Assembly (NCBI GenBank): GCA_964562145.1
Contig: CAZLSP010000011.1
Location: 16,259 to 80,258, forward strand
DNA from: an uncultured Anaerolinea sp.
GTDB lineage: Bacteria > Chloroflexota > Anaerolineae > Anaerolineales > Villigracilaceae
DNA length: 64,000 bases
Direction of reading: 5' to 3'
The translations under genes were made by a program, and so were the position numbers. Within the stretch, counting starts at the first letter, position 1. Each line of letters opens with the position of its first letter. The notes under the pieces were generated by a model. It ran no database searches and was not told the origin of the DNA. It was given only the letters and a program-made list of their open reading frames with translations. Shown in pieces: positions 26,634-35,470 of this stretch.

Positions 26634-27878
26634 TCAGTCGGCAGATGTGGTTGCCGGGGAGGGTTCGTGACCGTCGAAGTTGCGCAGGATCGGCCATTTG
26701 AGCATGATCAGGAGGGCCGCCAGGATGGTTCCGACCCCGCCGCTGATAATGGCAAAGGGCACGCCAAAGGCCGAAGCCACCAGCCCCGATTCCACTTCGC
26801 CAAGCTGCGGCCCGCCCTGGAAGAAGATCTGGTTGATGCTGGTCATGCGTCCGCGCATGTGGTCGGGGGTTTGCAGCTGGCGGATGGTGTTGCGGATGAT
26901 GGTGCTGACGGCATCTGCCGCGCCGATGAACAACAGCGCTACAAAGGCCAGCTCGAAGCTGCCAGCCAGCCCAAAAACGATGGTTGCCAGCCCAAAAATC
27001 ATCACTGAAACCAGGAAGGTGGGGCCTTGTTTGCGCACAGCCGGAATTTGGGAAACCACCAGCCCGGCGGCAACTGAGCCCATGCTTTGTGCCGAAACCA
27101 ACCACCCGTAACCAACTTCACCGACCTGTAAGAAGTCTCGGGCGACGATTGGCATCATGGTGTTGGCCGAGGCAAAGAAGGTGGCAAAAAAGTCCATTAC
27201 CATGGTTGACAGGATGATTTTGCGCGAGAAGATAAAGCGGATGCCATCGCCGATGGCGCTGAAGCTGATTCCGCTGGCTTTTTTCAGGTCTTGGGCGATA
27301 TCACCGATTAACAGCAGGGCGATGATGACGGCCAGGAAGGAGACGGCGTTGAAAAGATAGGTGTAGCCCTGTCCAAGCGTGGCAATGACCAGACCGCTGA
27401 GCACCGGGCCGAGGATGGCCCCGGTGTTGAAGGCGATGGAGGTCATGCTAAAGGCGTTTGGCAGGTCTTTGGTGGGAACCAGGTTGGGGACCAGCGCCTG
27501 GCGCGCAGGGCCGTCGAAGGCCACGGCTGCGGCCTGGATGGCCGTGAGGGCGTAGATGTGCCAGATTTGGATGTTCCCGGCAAAGGTCAGCCAGGTCAGG
27601 CCCAGGGCGGTGAAGGCCATCAGGGTCTGGGTGATGTAGAGGATGATGCGCCGGTTGAAGTTATCGGCCATCACGCCGCCAAAGAGCGAAAAGACGATGA
27701 CAGGCAGGATGCGCGCCAGGCCGATCCCGCCCAGTGCCAGCGGGTCTGGGGTGCCGGTCAGTTCACGGATGTGCCAGTGGATGGCGGCGCTTTGCATTTG
27801 GGTTCCGGCGATGGAAATCATCAATCCGAGCCAGAGCAGGAAAAAACGGCGATGCTTGAGAGCGGGGGGAATGTGCAT
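26634..27878 (-). CDS. MFS transporter (MFS_3 / EntS-like subfamily)
   Basis: 414 aa with 12 predicted helices. FFLLWLGLMISIAGTQMQ N-terminus and GGVMADNFNRRII loop 2-3 motif. Confidence 0.8.
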   Translation of the reverse strand: MHIPPALKHRRFFLLWLGLMISIAGTQMQSAAIHWHIRELTGTPDPLALGGIGLARILPVIVFSLFGGVMADNFNRRIILYITQTLMAFTALGLTWLTFAGNIQIWHIYALTAIQAAAVAFDGPARQALVPNLVPTKDLPNAFSMTSIAFNTGAILGPVLSGLVIATLGQGYTYLFNAVSFLAVIIALLLIGDIAQDLKKASGISFSAIGDGIRFIFSRKIILSTMVMDFFATFFASANTMMPIVARDFLQVGEVGYGWLVSAQSMGSVAAGLVVSQIPAVRKQGPTFLVSVMIFGLATIVFGLAGSFELAFVALLFIGAADAVSTIIRNTIRQLQTPDHMRGRMTSINQIFFQGGPQLGEVESGLVASAFGVPFAIISGGVGTILAALLIMLKWPILRNFDGHEPSPATTSAD

Positions 27879-27936
27879 TTTGGGTTCCAGTAAGCAGGGT
27901 TAGGGAAGAGCTTGGGCGGGTCGGATGCGCAGAGTC

Positions 27937-27963
27937 AAAAATCAGTGAACAGGGTTTTCACTG
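27937..27963 (-). terminator. Possible terminator after nadE
   Basis: CAGTGAA-N7-TTCACTG hairpin, followed on the minus strand by ATTTTTG. Short stem. Confidence 0.4.
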
Positions 27964-27995
27964 CTCACTGATGACGGTTTGCTCATCACCGGGTT

Positions 27996-28820
27996 TTATG
28001 TGCCCCAGTCGCGCAAATACAGGAAATCGTAGCCTACGGTGCGGGTGGTGATCTTGGCTACAACGGGCATAACACGCTTGAAGTGGTTGCGGCGAATACG
28101 ACGGACGACGGTTTCGACAAACTTGGGGTCGAACCCGTCGGCGATACATTCTTCGGGCGAATAGCGCTGGTCTACCAGCAAGTAGAGCAGTTTGTCGGCT
28201 TCTTCGTAGGTAAAACCCAGTTCTTGTTCGTCGGTTTGGCCTTCCCACAGGTCGGCAGACGGGGGTTTGTCGATGATGGGCGCCGGGACGCCGACCGCGC
28301 GTGAGAGTTGCCGCACCTGGGCCTTGTACAGGTCGCCGATTGGGTTGAGGGCGTGCGCGCCATCTCCGTACAGGGTGGAATAGCCCAGCAGGATTTCGGT
28401 CTTGTTGCCGGTGCCGATGACCAGCCCTTTGAAATCTTCAGACTGGTCGTAAAGCGTGACCATGCGGCAGCGCGCCATGATGTTGCCTTTGCGCATGTTG
28501 GGCATTTGCGGGAATTTATCGATCAGCCCATCGGCCATTTCGGTGATGGGAATTGTCAGGTGCGGGATGCCCAGGTCGTTGATGACCAGCAGGGCGTGGT
28601 CGAGTGAATCTTGCGAGGAGGTCTTATAGGGCATGCGCACCCCGAGCACGTTCTCTTTGCCCAGCGCTTCAACGGCCAGGTAGGCTACCAGGGCCGAGTC
28701 GATGCCACCAGAAACGCCGAGCACGGCGCGGGTCAGGCCGGTGCGGGTGATTTCAGAGCGGATAAAGCGCGCCAGCAGTTCGCGCACCAGGGTGGTATTT
28801 ATCGAAAGGTCAATTTTCAT
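27996..28820 (-). CDS. nadE: NAD+ synthetase, synthetase (PP-loop) subunit
   Basis: 274 aa. AVLGVSGGIDSALVAYLA PP-loop and GTGNKTEILLGYSTLYGDG. Confidence 0.9.
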   Translation of the reverse strand: MKIDLSINTTLVRELLARFIRSEITRTGLTRAVLGVSGGIDSALVAYLAVEALGKENVLGVRMPYKTSSQDSLDHALLVINDLGIPHLTIPITEMADGLIDKFPQMPNMRKGNIMARCRMVTLYDQSEDFKGLVIGTGNKTEILLGYSTLYGDGAHALNPIGDLYKAQVRQLSRAVGVPAPIIDKPPSADLWEGQTDEQELGFTYEEADKLLYLLVDQRYSPEECIADGFDPKFVETVVRRIRRNHFKRVMPVVAKITTRTVGYDFLYLRDWGT

Positions 28821-29667
28821 TGGGTTTACCCAGGATACGGTTCAATTCTTTTTGGATCAGTTCCGGGCGTTCATCGCGTAGCAGCGGCAGGCGGGTGCGG
28901 GTGCGGCGCAATTGGTTGAGATCCAGTTCGGCCAGGGTCAGGCCTTCATCGTTGAAGGGGGCTTGCGCTACCATGCGCCCATCCGGGTCGAAGAGTGTTG
29001 AGCCGCCAAAGAAGTTCAGGCCGTCTTCGAACCCGACCCGGTTGGCGTGCGCAAAGAAGGAAGTGAACAACCCGGAGTAGGCGCGGTTGACATCCTGTAC
29101 CCATTGCGCCGAGCCAATCACCTCGTCTGTGACGCCTCGCCCCGGCGAGGCCGAGGTGAGCAAGAACAGGTCTGCGCCATCCAGCCATAACGTGTATGGC
29201 GAGGATACATGCCAGAAGTCTTCGCAGATCAAGATTCCGGCGCGCCCAAAGCGGGTTTGGAAGGAGCGAAAGGTGTCGCCGGCCGCAAAGTAGCGCCGTT
29301 CATCAAAGATGCCATAGGTGGGCGGATGCACCTTGCGGTGGACGTGCAGCACCTGTCCGGCCGAAAGGTAGGCCGCCGAAATATAGGTACGATAACGCGC
29401 ATCCTCCTCCACAAAACCGACCACCATATCCACTTCGGTAGAAGCGTGGAGCAGCTTGCGAAAAACCGGGTCTTCGGGGGTGGGGCGGCGGGCCACGCTT
29501 GCGGCAATATCTTGCAAGACGTAGCCAGTAAGTGAAAGTTCGGGGAAAACCACCAGTTCGGCGCCGTGTTTCCAGGCGTCATTGGCCATCGCCAGGTGTT
29601 TTTCCAGGTTGGCTTCCACGTCACCCAGGCGGGTATTTATTTGGGCCAGTGCCAGCGTAAGTTTCAT
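28810..29667 (-). CDS. Carbon-nitrogen hydrolase (nitrilase superfamily), probable glutaminase partner of NadE
   Basis: Start set to ATG 29667 (MKLTLALAQINTRLGD). Catalytic E (VVFPELSL), K and C (ILICEDFWH) motifs are present. The 3' end overlaps the nadE start by 11 nt. Confidence 0.8.
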   Translation of the reverse strand: MKLTLALAQINTRLGDVEANLEKHLAMANDAWKHGAELVVFPELSLTGYVLQDIAASVARRPTPEDPVFRKLLHASTEVDMVVGFVEEDARYRTYISAAYLSAGQVLHVHRKVHPPTYGIFDERRYFAAGDTFRSFQTRFGRAGILICEDFWHVSSPYTLWLDGADLFLLTSASPGRGVTDEVIGSAQWVQDVNRAYSGLFTSFFAHANRVGFEDGLNFFGGSTLFDPDGRMVAQAPFNDEGLTLAELDLNQLRRTRTRLPLLRDERPELIQKELNRILGKPNEN

Positions 29668-29899
29668 GTGATTTCCATTGGTGTAAGAATGACGATAACT
29701 CACCTATTAATCTTACCATAATCGTCTGAGATAAAATAAGCATTTTGACCCCCTGCTTTTTGCGTAATCGTTAAAGCGCTCCTGGAAACCATAAACGGCG
29801 TTTATAGAATTGGTTATTATCATCATTAAATCCTGTTATTCTTGCTTTTAAAGCAGAAAAACCGGTAAAAATTTGATGTATATTCATAGCCTGGGAGAC

Positions 29900-29927
29900 T
29901 TGACACAGGGGCAATCTGATAGATAAT
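29900..29927 (+). promoter_or_regulatory. Candidate sigma70 promoter for speH-speE
   Basis: TTGACA (29900-29905), 16 nt, GATAAT (29922-29927), inside a 260-bp AT-rich gap and 37 nt before the GTG start. Confidence 0.5.
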
Positions 29928-29963
29928 GCGTTTCCGTTATTAAAATCCAAACCTGGAGGTAGA

Positions 29964-30377
29964 GTGAACACGTCTCTGAAACTTGGAGAGCATTACATTG
30001 CAGACCTCTCCAACTGCAACCGCGAACTGCTCATGGATAGTGAGCGCGCATATTCCATCTTCTCACGCGCCGTCCGCGATAGCGGGCTTACGGTTGTGGA
30101 CGAGGGCTTTTTCAAGTTTAGCCCGCATGGCTTTACTTGCTTTTTGCTTCTCGCAGAGTCACATGCAAGTTTACATGCCTGGCCCGAATACGGCTATTGT
30201 GCAATCGACTTGTTTACCTGCGCAATTGGCAAGGATCTCCTGCCTCTCATCCAGCAGATCCGCGACTTGTTGGGGGCCACGCACTTCAGCATTCGCAAAC
30301 TTGACCGCGATACGGAGCTAACCGGCCTGCCACTTTCCTTTGCTGCCGCTCAACAGCATCTCAGCGAGGCCGCATGA
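29964..30377 (+). CDS. speH: S-adenosylmethionine decarboxylase proenzyme, small (class 1, SpeH-type)
   Basis: 137 aa with GTG start after GGAGG. LLAESHASLHAWPEYGY contains the E-S self-cleavage site and HTWPE-like motif. Confidence 0.85.
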   Translation: MNTSLKLGEHYIADLSNCNRELLMDSERAYSIFSRAVRDSGLTVVDEGFFKFSPHGFTCFLLLAESHASLHAWPEYGYCAIDLFTCAIGKDLLPLIQQIRDLLGATHFSIRKLDRDTELTGLPLSFAAAQQHLSEAA

Positions 30378-31201
30378 GTACCTGGTTTACCGAAGAGCTG
30401 CATCCCTATTATCGCAAGGCCCTGCGGGTTAAGCGCATCCTGGTCGACGAACAAACCCAGTACCAGCATTTACAGGTGCTCGAAACCGAATTTTTTGGCA
30501 ACGCCCTGGTGCTCGACGGCATCATCCAGCTCACCGAGCAAGACAATATGGGCTATCACGAGATGATTGTGCATGTACCCATGCTGGCAGTTGGCGCGCC
30601 CAAGCGCGTACTGATTGTGGGCGGCGGCGATGGCGGCTCCCTCAAACAGGCCTTACGCTACCCATCGGTAGAACAGGTGGTAGTCTGCGAGCTGGACCAA
30701 AAAGTGGTCGACTATTCGCGTCAATATTTCCCAAAATTTGGCGACCCCTGGGCCGACCCGCGCGCCAGCCTGCTGGTTCGTGATGCCTTTGGGTATCTCG
30801 AAGAAAACCCCGGTCAGTTCGATGTCATCATCTCCGATACCACCGACCCCATTGGCATGGCCGAGCGGCTGTTCAGCGACGAGTTCTACCAGTTAATGGT
30901 GCGCGCCCTGGCTCCCGGCGGTGCCGCGGCCACCCAGTGTGAGCAGCCCTACTTTGACACATCGCTCATCAAAGCCATTTACCAGTCGGCTCGCGCCCTG
31001 AGCAAAAACCCGGCCTATTACTATGCCCAAATCCCCACCTATCCCGGTGGCGGCATCGGCTTCATGTATGTTTCAGATACACCCTGGACGAAGGGTCTTA
31101 GCATGCCCCTCCCGCCCGGCCAGAACGAATATATCAACCCCGAGGTCCATCGCGCGGCATTTGCCCTGCCTGAGTTCTTTCGCCGCGAATTGTACGGATA
31201 A
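30374..31201 (+). CDS. speE: Spermidine synthase (aminopropyltransferase)
   Basis: 275 aa. QHLQVLET..FGN.LVLDG, VLIVGGGDGG, DVIISDTTDP. ATGA overlap with speH. Confidence 0.92.
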   Translation: MSTWFTEELHPYYRKALRVKRILVDEQTQYQHLQVLETEFFGNALVLDGIIQLTEQDNMGYHEMIVHVPMLAVGAPKRVLIVGGGDGGSLKQALRYPSVEQVVVCELDQKVVDYSRQYFPKFGDPWADPRASLLVRDAFGYLEENPGQFDVIISDTTDPIGMAERLFSDEFYQLMVRALAPGGAAATQCEQPYFDTSLIKAIYQSARALSKNPAYYYAQIPTYPGGGIGFMYVSDTPWTKGLSMPLPPGQNEYINPEVHRAAFALPEFFRRELYG

Positions 31202-31216
31202 TTTTTTTGGGAAAAG

Positions 31217-31246
31217 AAGAGACGCCGCACCCTTGCGGCGTCTCTT
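31217..31246. terminator. Terminator hairpin after speE (between convergent genes)
   Basis: AAGAGACGCCGCA-CCCT-TGCGGCGTCTCTT, a 13-bp perfect stem followed by GCTTT. Confidence 0.7.
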
Positions 31247-31336
31247 GCTTTAAGATGATTTTACTGCCCTGGGGCAAATTCCTGTCCTTGTCGCCCCGTA
31301 TCCGTTTGACCCGAACCGACACGCGGGCGCCTGCCC

Positions 31337-31762
31337 TTAGCCGCTGCTTGTGCGCTGGTTGGCGATGCCCTTGCCCTGGAAATTCCCCAACACGTTGGGA
31401 AGTTTCAACGGATTTTCGCGTTTTTGTTTGCCCTGAATCTTGAGATGCTTAAGGAAGCTTTTGCGCAGCGAAATCCGTTTGGCAAAAGAGGCAGAGACCT
31501 TTTTATAAGCCTCCGCCGGACCCTTCCACCATGCGCGGAACAGCGTAATCAGGGCAATCCCTACCCAGGCGGCGTTGACACCTACCGATGGGTAGGCTTT
31601 GAGATAAATGGAATTCACCACCAGCATCCCTGCGCCCACAATATTGAGAACCTGGTAACTGGTTGAATCTGCTTCGAGGTAGCGTGCAGAGGCCAGCACA
31701 TAAGCCACCAGCACCAGCACAACACCTGCCCAGCCAACAATGTCTATCATCCATGCAGTCAT
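31337..31762 (-). CDS. Small membrane protein (three N-terminal helices, basic C-terminal tail)
   Basis: 141 aa. MTAWMIDIVGWAGVVLVLVAYVL...YQVLNIVGAGMLVVNSIYL resembles the CBU_0592-type membrane protein family from memory. Function unknown. Confidence 0.5.
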   Translation of the reverse strand: MTAWMIDIVGWAGVVLVLVAYVLASARYLEADSTSYQVLNIVGAGMLVVNSIYLKAYPSVGVNAAWVGIALITLFRAWWKGPAEAYKKVSASFAKRISLRKSFLKHLKIQGKQKRENPLKLPNVLGNFQGKGIANQRTSSG

Positions 31763-31837
31763 AAGCTTAACTATACCCGTTTTACATGACAGTAAAATGA
31801 ATACAACGCTCCTTGGTTAGTTTTTTGGAGCGCAATT

Positions 31838-32350
31838 TTACCACCTGTTCCAGTGCACAACTTCATCCAACGAATGGCGGCCGCCTTTTTTGGGAGGGGC
31901 GGCCAGTTTGTGTTCATCCAGTGGGTAGCCAAAAGATAGCACGATTCGCAAATGCCATTCGGCCGGGAAGCCCAGGATGTTGCGTGCTTTTTCAGCCTCG
32001 TAAATTGAAGCCGGGCACGAACCCACACCCAGCTCCCAGGCGGCTAACTGCATAAAGGCCGCTGCCTGACCGGCATCGAACATTGTCTGGAATTTTTGCG
32101 TCGGTTCCGGGGTCAAGATGGCGACCGCCAGCGCTGCCCCGGCGATGTGCCCGGCCCATTCACCGCATGTGGCAAGCTGCCCGAGAATCTCCCGCTCGCG
32201 GATGGCGATAAATTGCCAGGCCTGGCCGTTTTTTGAAGACTGAGACCTGCGCCCGGCATTCAGGATGGCACGGACCACTGTTTCGGGCAAGGGGGTTTCT
32301 TTAAATTGGCGCACAGCGCGCTTGGTGCGAATCGCGTCTGAAACGTTCAT
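31838..32350 (-). CDS. Nitroreductase-family flavoprotein
   Basis: 170 aa. AIRTKRAVRQFKETPLPETVVRAILNAGRRSQSSKNGQAWQFI. Confidence 0.82.
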   Translation of the reverse strand: MNVSDAIRTKRAVRQFKETPLPETVVRAILNAGRRSQSSKNGQAWQFIAIREREILGQLATCGEWAGHIAGAALAVAILTPEPTQKFQTMFDAGQAAAFMQLAAWELGVGSCPASIYEAEKARNILGFPAEWHLRIVLSFGYPLDEHKLAAPPKKGGRHSLDEVVHWNRW

Positions 32351-32359
32351 TTTTCCTCT

Positions 32360-33112
32360 TTACTCCGGGGTGTTGGGGATGAAACCAAAATGATGCAGCC
32401 CATCCAGCACGCCCCGGGCGGCCGGGTAAGGGCTGTGATAATGCCAGGGCTGGCAGGCCAGCACTTTGAGCTCGTCGAGCCCATTGGCGGGAACAATGCC
32501 CCTGAATTCGGTTTCGAACATCTGGCGGTCGTTGCCCGCATCGCCAGCCATAACCACCTGTAACGGTGGAAGGCCGAGCTGCTGTTGCAAGAATCGGACC
32601 GCGTTCCCTTTCCCCGCCCTTTTGGGAAGTACGTCGATGTAGGTATCGTAGCTGGCCTGGATATAAACCTGCCCGTGGTAGCGGGCAAGGCGCTCTTTAA
32701 ACGCCAGCAAAGTTTCAGGGCGGGCATCCCAGTTGAACCCGGCCTGGAAATCGGGTTGGTGGACGCCAAAATCCTGGCGGGTGACGCCTTCCCCAACTCC
32801 CAGCCGGTAAATTTCTTCCAGGTTCCAATCGGTTGCGGCGAGCCTGGCGTAAGCCTTGCCAATTTGGTTGGAAGCCTCCTCCAGGTCGAGGATTTCTGTG
32901 CCCACATTCCCACAAATAAAGCGCGGGCGCGGCAGGCGACCCGCCTCGATCAGTTCGAGCACGGACCACTGATAGCGCCCGGTGATATAGGCCAGGGTGC
33001 AGGTTGTGGCGTGGCTGGCTGCAAACTGGGCAAAGAGCTTTTCGCCGGGTTCATCCCCGAGCAGGGTTCCGTCCAGGTCGCTGGCCAGCAGGAAGGGAGT
33101 CGTAGGTTGCAA
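32360..33112 (-). CDS. HAD-IIB hydrolase (sucrose-phosphate/mannosyl-phosphoglycerate phosphatase-like)
   Basis: 250 aa with TTG start after GGAGG. LLASDLDGTLLGD (motif I), YITGR (motif II), GDAGNDRQMF (motif IV). Confidence 0.78.
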   Translation of the reverse strand: MQPTTPFLLASDLDGTLLGDEPGEKLFAQFAASHATTCTLAYITGRYQWSVLELIEAGRLPRPRFICGNVGTEILDLEEASNQIGKAYARLAATDWNLEEIYRLGVGEGVTRQDFGVHQPDFQAGFNWDARPETLLAFKERLARYHGQVYIQASYDTYIDVLPKRAGKGNAVRFLQQQLGLPPLQVVMAGDAGNDRQMFETEFRGIVPANGLDELKVLACQPWHYHSPYPAARGVLDGLHHFGFIPNTPE

Positions 33113-33142
33113 AGGATACCTCCGACCGGGGCAAAGGTTGGT

Positions 33143-33778
33143 TTACCCCAGGCGTTTGAGAGTTTCGGTTCCGAGTGTGTTAAACCCGCCCAACGCCCAG
33201 GTGGCGGAGAGCTGGTTGGGGTTGGATGGGTCGAGAAGGTAGTCGAGAAAGGCCAATTGGCGGAGATCCGGGTACCAGCCAAGTGCCAGCCCCGTAGCGG
33301 TAGCCAGCCCCAGCCCGGTAAAATGGACGCTTTCCCCTTTTTGCCAGGTCACTTCAAAGAGGTCGCCCACTTCCTGAATGTGGAGTTCCCATTCGCCGTG
33401 CAAACGTCCGTCGGGCAGGGAAAACTGTAAGCGATGAGTTCCCACAAAAGAGCCGCTAAATTCCGAGAGAAAACGGCCGGTGCCAATGGCCCCTTGCAGT
33501 TCTGGTGTGCTCCATTGGGCTGTGATTTGTCGATTGGGTTGGTGGTGAAGCAGTGCAATGCCCAATCCGGCGTACTGTTCGCCGCAGCTCACGAAAACAT
33601 GCCCGGAGGCAGCCAGCCCAAGGCCCACATAGCGACCGGCGCTGATTTCCCAGGTTAGCTCAAAGATATCTTGCCGGGGCTCAACGCGGATGACGCCGGT
33701 GTAAGCGTTTTCGCCGTTGGGGAGTGTGGCCTGTAAAACGTCCCAGGCTCCGAGAAAATGCGCACAGTGCTTATCCAT
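33143..33778 (-). CDS. Hypothetical protein built from two ~95-aa internal repeats
   Basis: 211 aa. Repeat 1 is ...FELTWEISAGRYVGLGLAASG...ITAQWSTPELQGAIGTGRF. Repeat 2 is ...FEVTWQKGESVHFTGLGLATATG...LSATWALGGFNTLGTETL. No known motif recognised. Confidence 0.55.
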   Translation of the reverse strand: MDKHCAHFLGAWDVLQATLPNGENAYTGVIRVEPRQDIFELTWEISAGRYVGLGLAASGHVFVSCGEQYAGLGIALLHHQPNRQITAQWSTPELQGAIGTGRFLSEFSGSFVGTHRLQFSLPDGRLHGEWELHIQEVGDLFEVTWQKGESVHFTGLGLATATGLALGWYPDLRQLAFLDYLLDPSNPNQLSATWALGGFNTLGTETLKRLG

Positions 33779-33804
33779 AGGTCCAGTTCCTTTTCAGCGC
33801 ATTT

Positions 33805-34176
33805 TCAGACGCAAATGGCGTTATCCGATTCCAGTGTGGCTTTTAGCAGGCTTTCCACGACTACAAAATCGATTTTTTCGGGTTTGGAATAGCGGATGCA
33901 GCCTTTGCCCAGGCTGACACCTTTGACTTTGAGCCGGTCTTGGTGGGCAGCCATTACGTCGGTTTTTAAGATGTATAGCGCAATGAAATGTTTTTGGCTG
34001 GCAAAGCCGACTTCAACTTCACCGTTGCGGGCATAGCCAGGCATGCCATAGGTCATGGCTTCGTCGAAGCCTGTCAGCGTTTTGCGGCACAAATCGCGCA
34101 GTTGGGTGAGCGCAGCCTGCCTTTCAGCGGGGACTTCTTGCAGGTAATCGTTCACGGTTTTTGCGGAGCTTTGCAT
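33805..34176 (-). CDS. DUF1801 (YdhG-like) domain protein
   Basis: 123 aa. TVNDYLQEVPAERQAALTQLRDLCRKTL...MTYGMPGY...QKHFIALYI. Confidence 0.7.
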   Translation of the reverse strand: MQSSAKTVNDYLQEVPAERQAALTQLRDLCRKTLTGFDEAMTYGMPGYARNGEVEVGFASQKHFIALYILKTDVMAAHQDRLKVKGVSLGKGCIRYSKPEKIDFVVVESLLKATLESDNAICV

Positions 34177-34206
34177 AAGCGCCTCCTGCGGGGTTGGGAG
34201 TATTCG

Positions 34207-35322
34207 TTAATCCTGTCCCCGGCTGCCAAGCGGGGTGGGATTGGAAAGGATTACGGTCTCAGCCTCGGTTTGCATAAATTGCCCGTACTCGCGTGCTGCC
34301 TGTTCGATTTTTGCCCGGGTTGCGGCATCGGGCGGTTTGAACAGGTTGGCCTCTACAGACACCCGGTCTTTTTTGAACGCCCTTTTCCAAATGCCGCAGA
34401 CTTGCCCGTTGATGACGACAACCGGCCTGAAAATGCCGTTGGATGAAATCATCTTGTTCTGGTATTCGACAGGCAGCGAGGCGCCGCGATCTTTATAGCT
34501 GATGATAAATTCGTCGAAGGCCGGCAACAGGTAGACTTTTTCTGCGTCGAAAGTGGGCGGAACCAGGGAGGTGGTAAACCAGTAGGTTTGAGCGCCTATA
34601 TTTTCAGCCACAAATTCAGATTTGACCATTTCCAGAGCTTGCCTGGCATCCCTGGCGGGTAGGCCGGACCACCAGGCGAAGTCTTGCAGGGTGGCGGGCG
34701 CGTGGCTGGAAAAATAGCGCCGGGCAAGGGTTGCCAGCCCTTCTTCACGAACCAAATATGGGGGTTTGGGAACCAGTTTTTCGAGCAGGGCATACGTATG
34801 TTTGTTTTCGATGGTTGCGCCACTGCACAGGATTCCTGCCAACTCTGCGTGCATTAACAGGTGCGAGGCGCGGTTTTCGTCGGTGGCAATGCCGTTTTTT
34901 GTGAGCTGCGCAACCAGCTCCTCGCGGGATAGGAACGGGCGCTCACTGAAGGCATTCTCAAGGATCGAATTGCTCTGGGCAACCAGGCTGTCTGAAAGCT
35001 CTTTGTCGCGTTGCGCCGCGCGGAGGAGGGCGCGAATGTGCGGGGCGGTTAGCGCCAGCAGCCAGTGGATGTCGCTGGCTGCAACCAGGTGCCAGGTGGG
35101 GCGCAGGAGGTGGGTGCGCAGGATTTCGCCGCGCTGGATGGCGGTTTCGACCGTTGCAAGGTTTGAGTCTAGCAGCCGCAGGCCAAGCGCCCACTTGACC
35201 ATGGCGTAATCCTGGGCTTGCAGCGCGCCCATCCACCCTGCCAGGTCACTGGCGGTATTGAATTGGGTTGCTGCAATTTGCTGGTTGAAAAGCCGAAGCA
35301 GGGCAATCTGTTGCGGGTCCAT
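34207..35322 (-). CDS. Winged-helix DNA-binding protein, YcaQ/AlkZ (DUF1006) family, putative DNA glycosylase
   Basis: Start set to ATG 35322 (MDPQQIALLRLFNQQI...; 371 aa). Family call rests on overall resemblance (RLFNQ..., ALQAQDY, LLRPTWHLV). Moderate certainty. Confidence 0.6.
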   Translation of the reverse strand: MDPQQIALLRLFNQQIAATQFNTASDLAGWMGALQAQDYAMVKWALGLRLLDSNLATVETAIQRGEILRTHLLRPTWHLVAASDIHWLLALTAPHIRALLRAAQRDKELSDSLVAQSNSILENAFSERPFLSREELVAQLTKNGIATDENRASHLLMHAELAGILCSGATIENKHTYALLEKLVPKPPYLVREEGLATLARRYFSSHAPATLQDFAWWSGLPARDARQALEMVKSEFVAENIGAQTYWFTTSLVPPTFDAEKVYLLPAFDEFIISYKDRGASLPVEYQNKMISSNGIFRPVVVINGQVCGIWKRAFKKDRVSVEANLFKPPDAATRAKIEQAAREYGQFMQTEAETVILSNPTPLGSRGQD

Positions 35323-35422
35323 AGGCGTGTTGGGAGTGTAGCACGAAATGAAAGCGCGGCAGGGGTGAGTACAAGATACATCCCATTGTATTTTAGGAAA
35401 CAAATCTATACAATATTAATTG

Positions 35423-35438
35423 ATAAGACTTGTCTTAT
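35423..35438. promoter_or_regulatory. Perfect 7-bp inverted repeat ATAAGAC-TT-GTCTTAT in the divergent promoter region
   Basis: Lies 33 nt upstream of ATG 35471, next to TACAAT/TATTAAT -10-like hexamers. Confidence 0.3.
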
Positions 35439-35470
35439 TTGGTTTTTCCTGGCTTAGAGGGAGTGGAGCA

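Noticed and set aside
29771-29971. 66-aa minus-strand ORF in the AT-rich region upstream of speH.
   Set aside because: It lies in a promoter-like AT-rich gap, overlaps the speH start, has no SD and an implausible composition.
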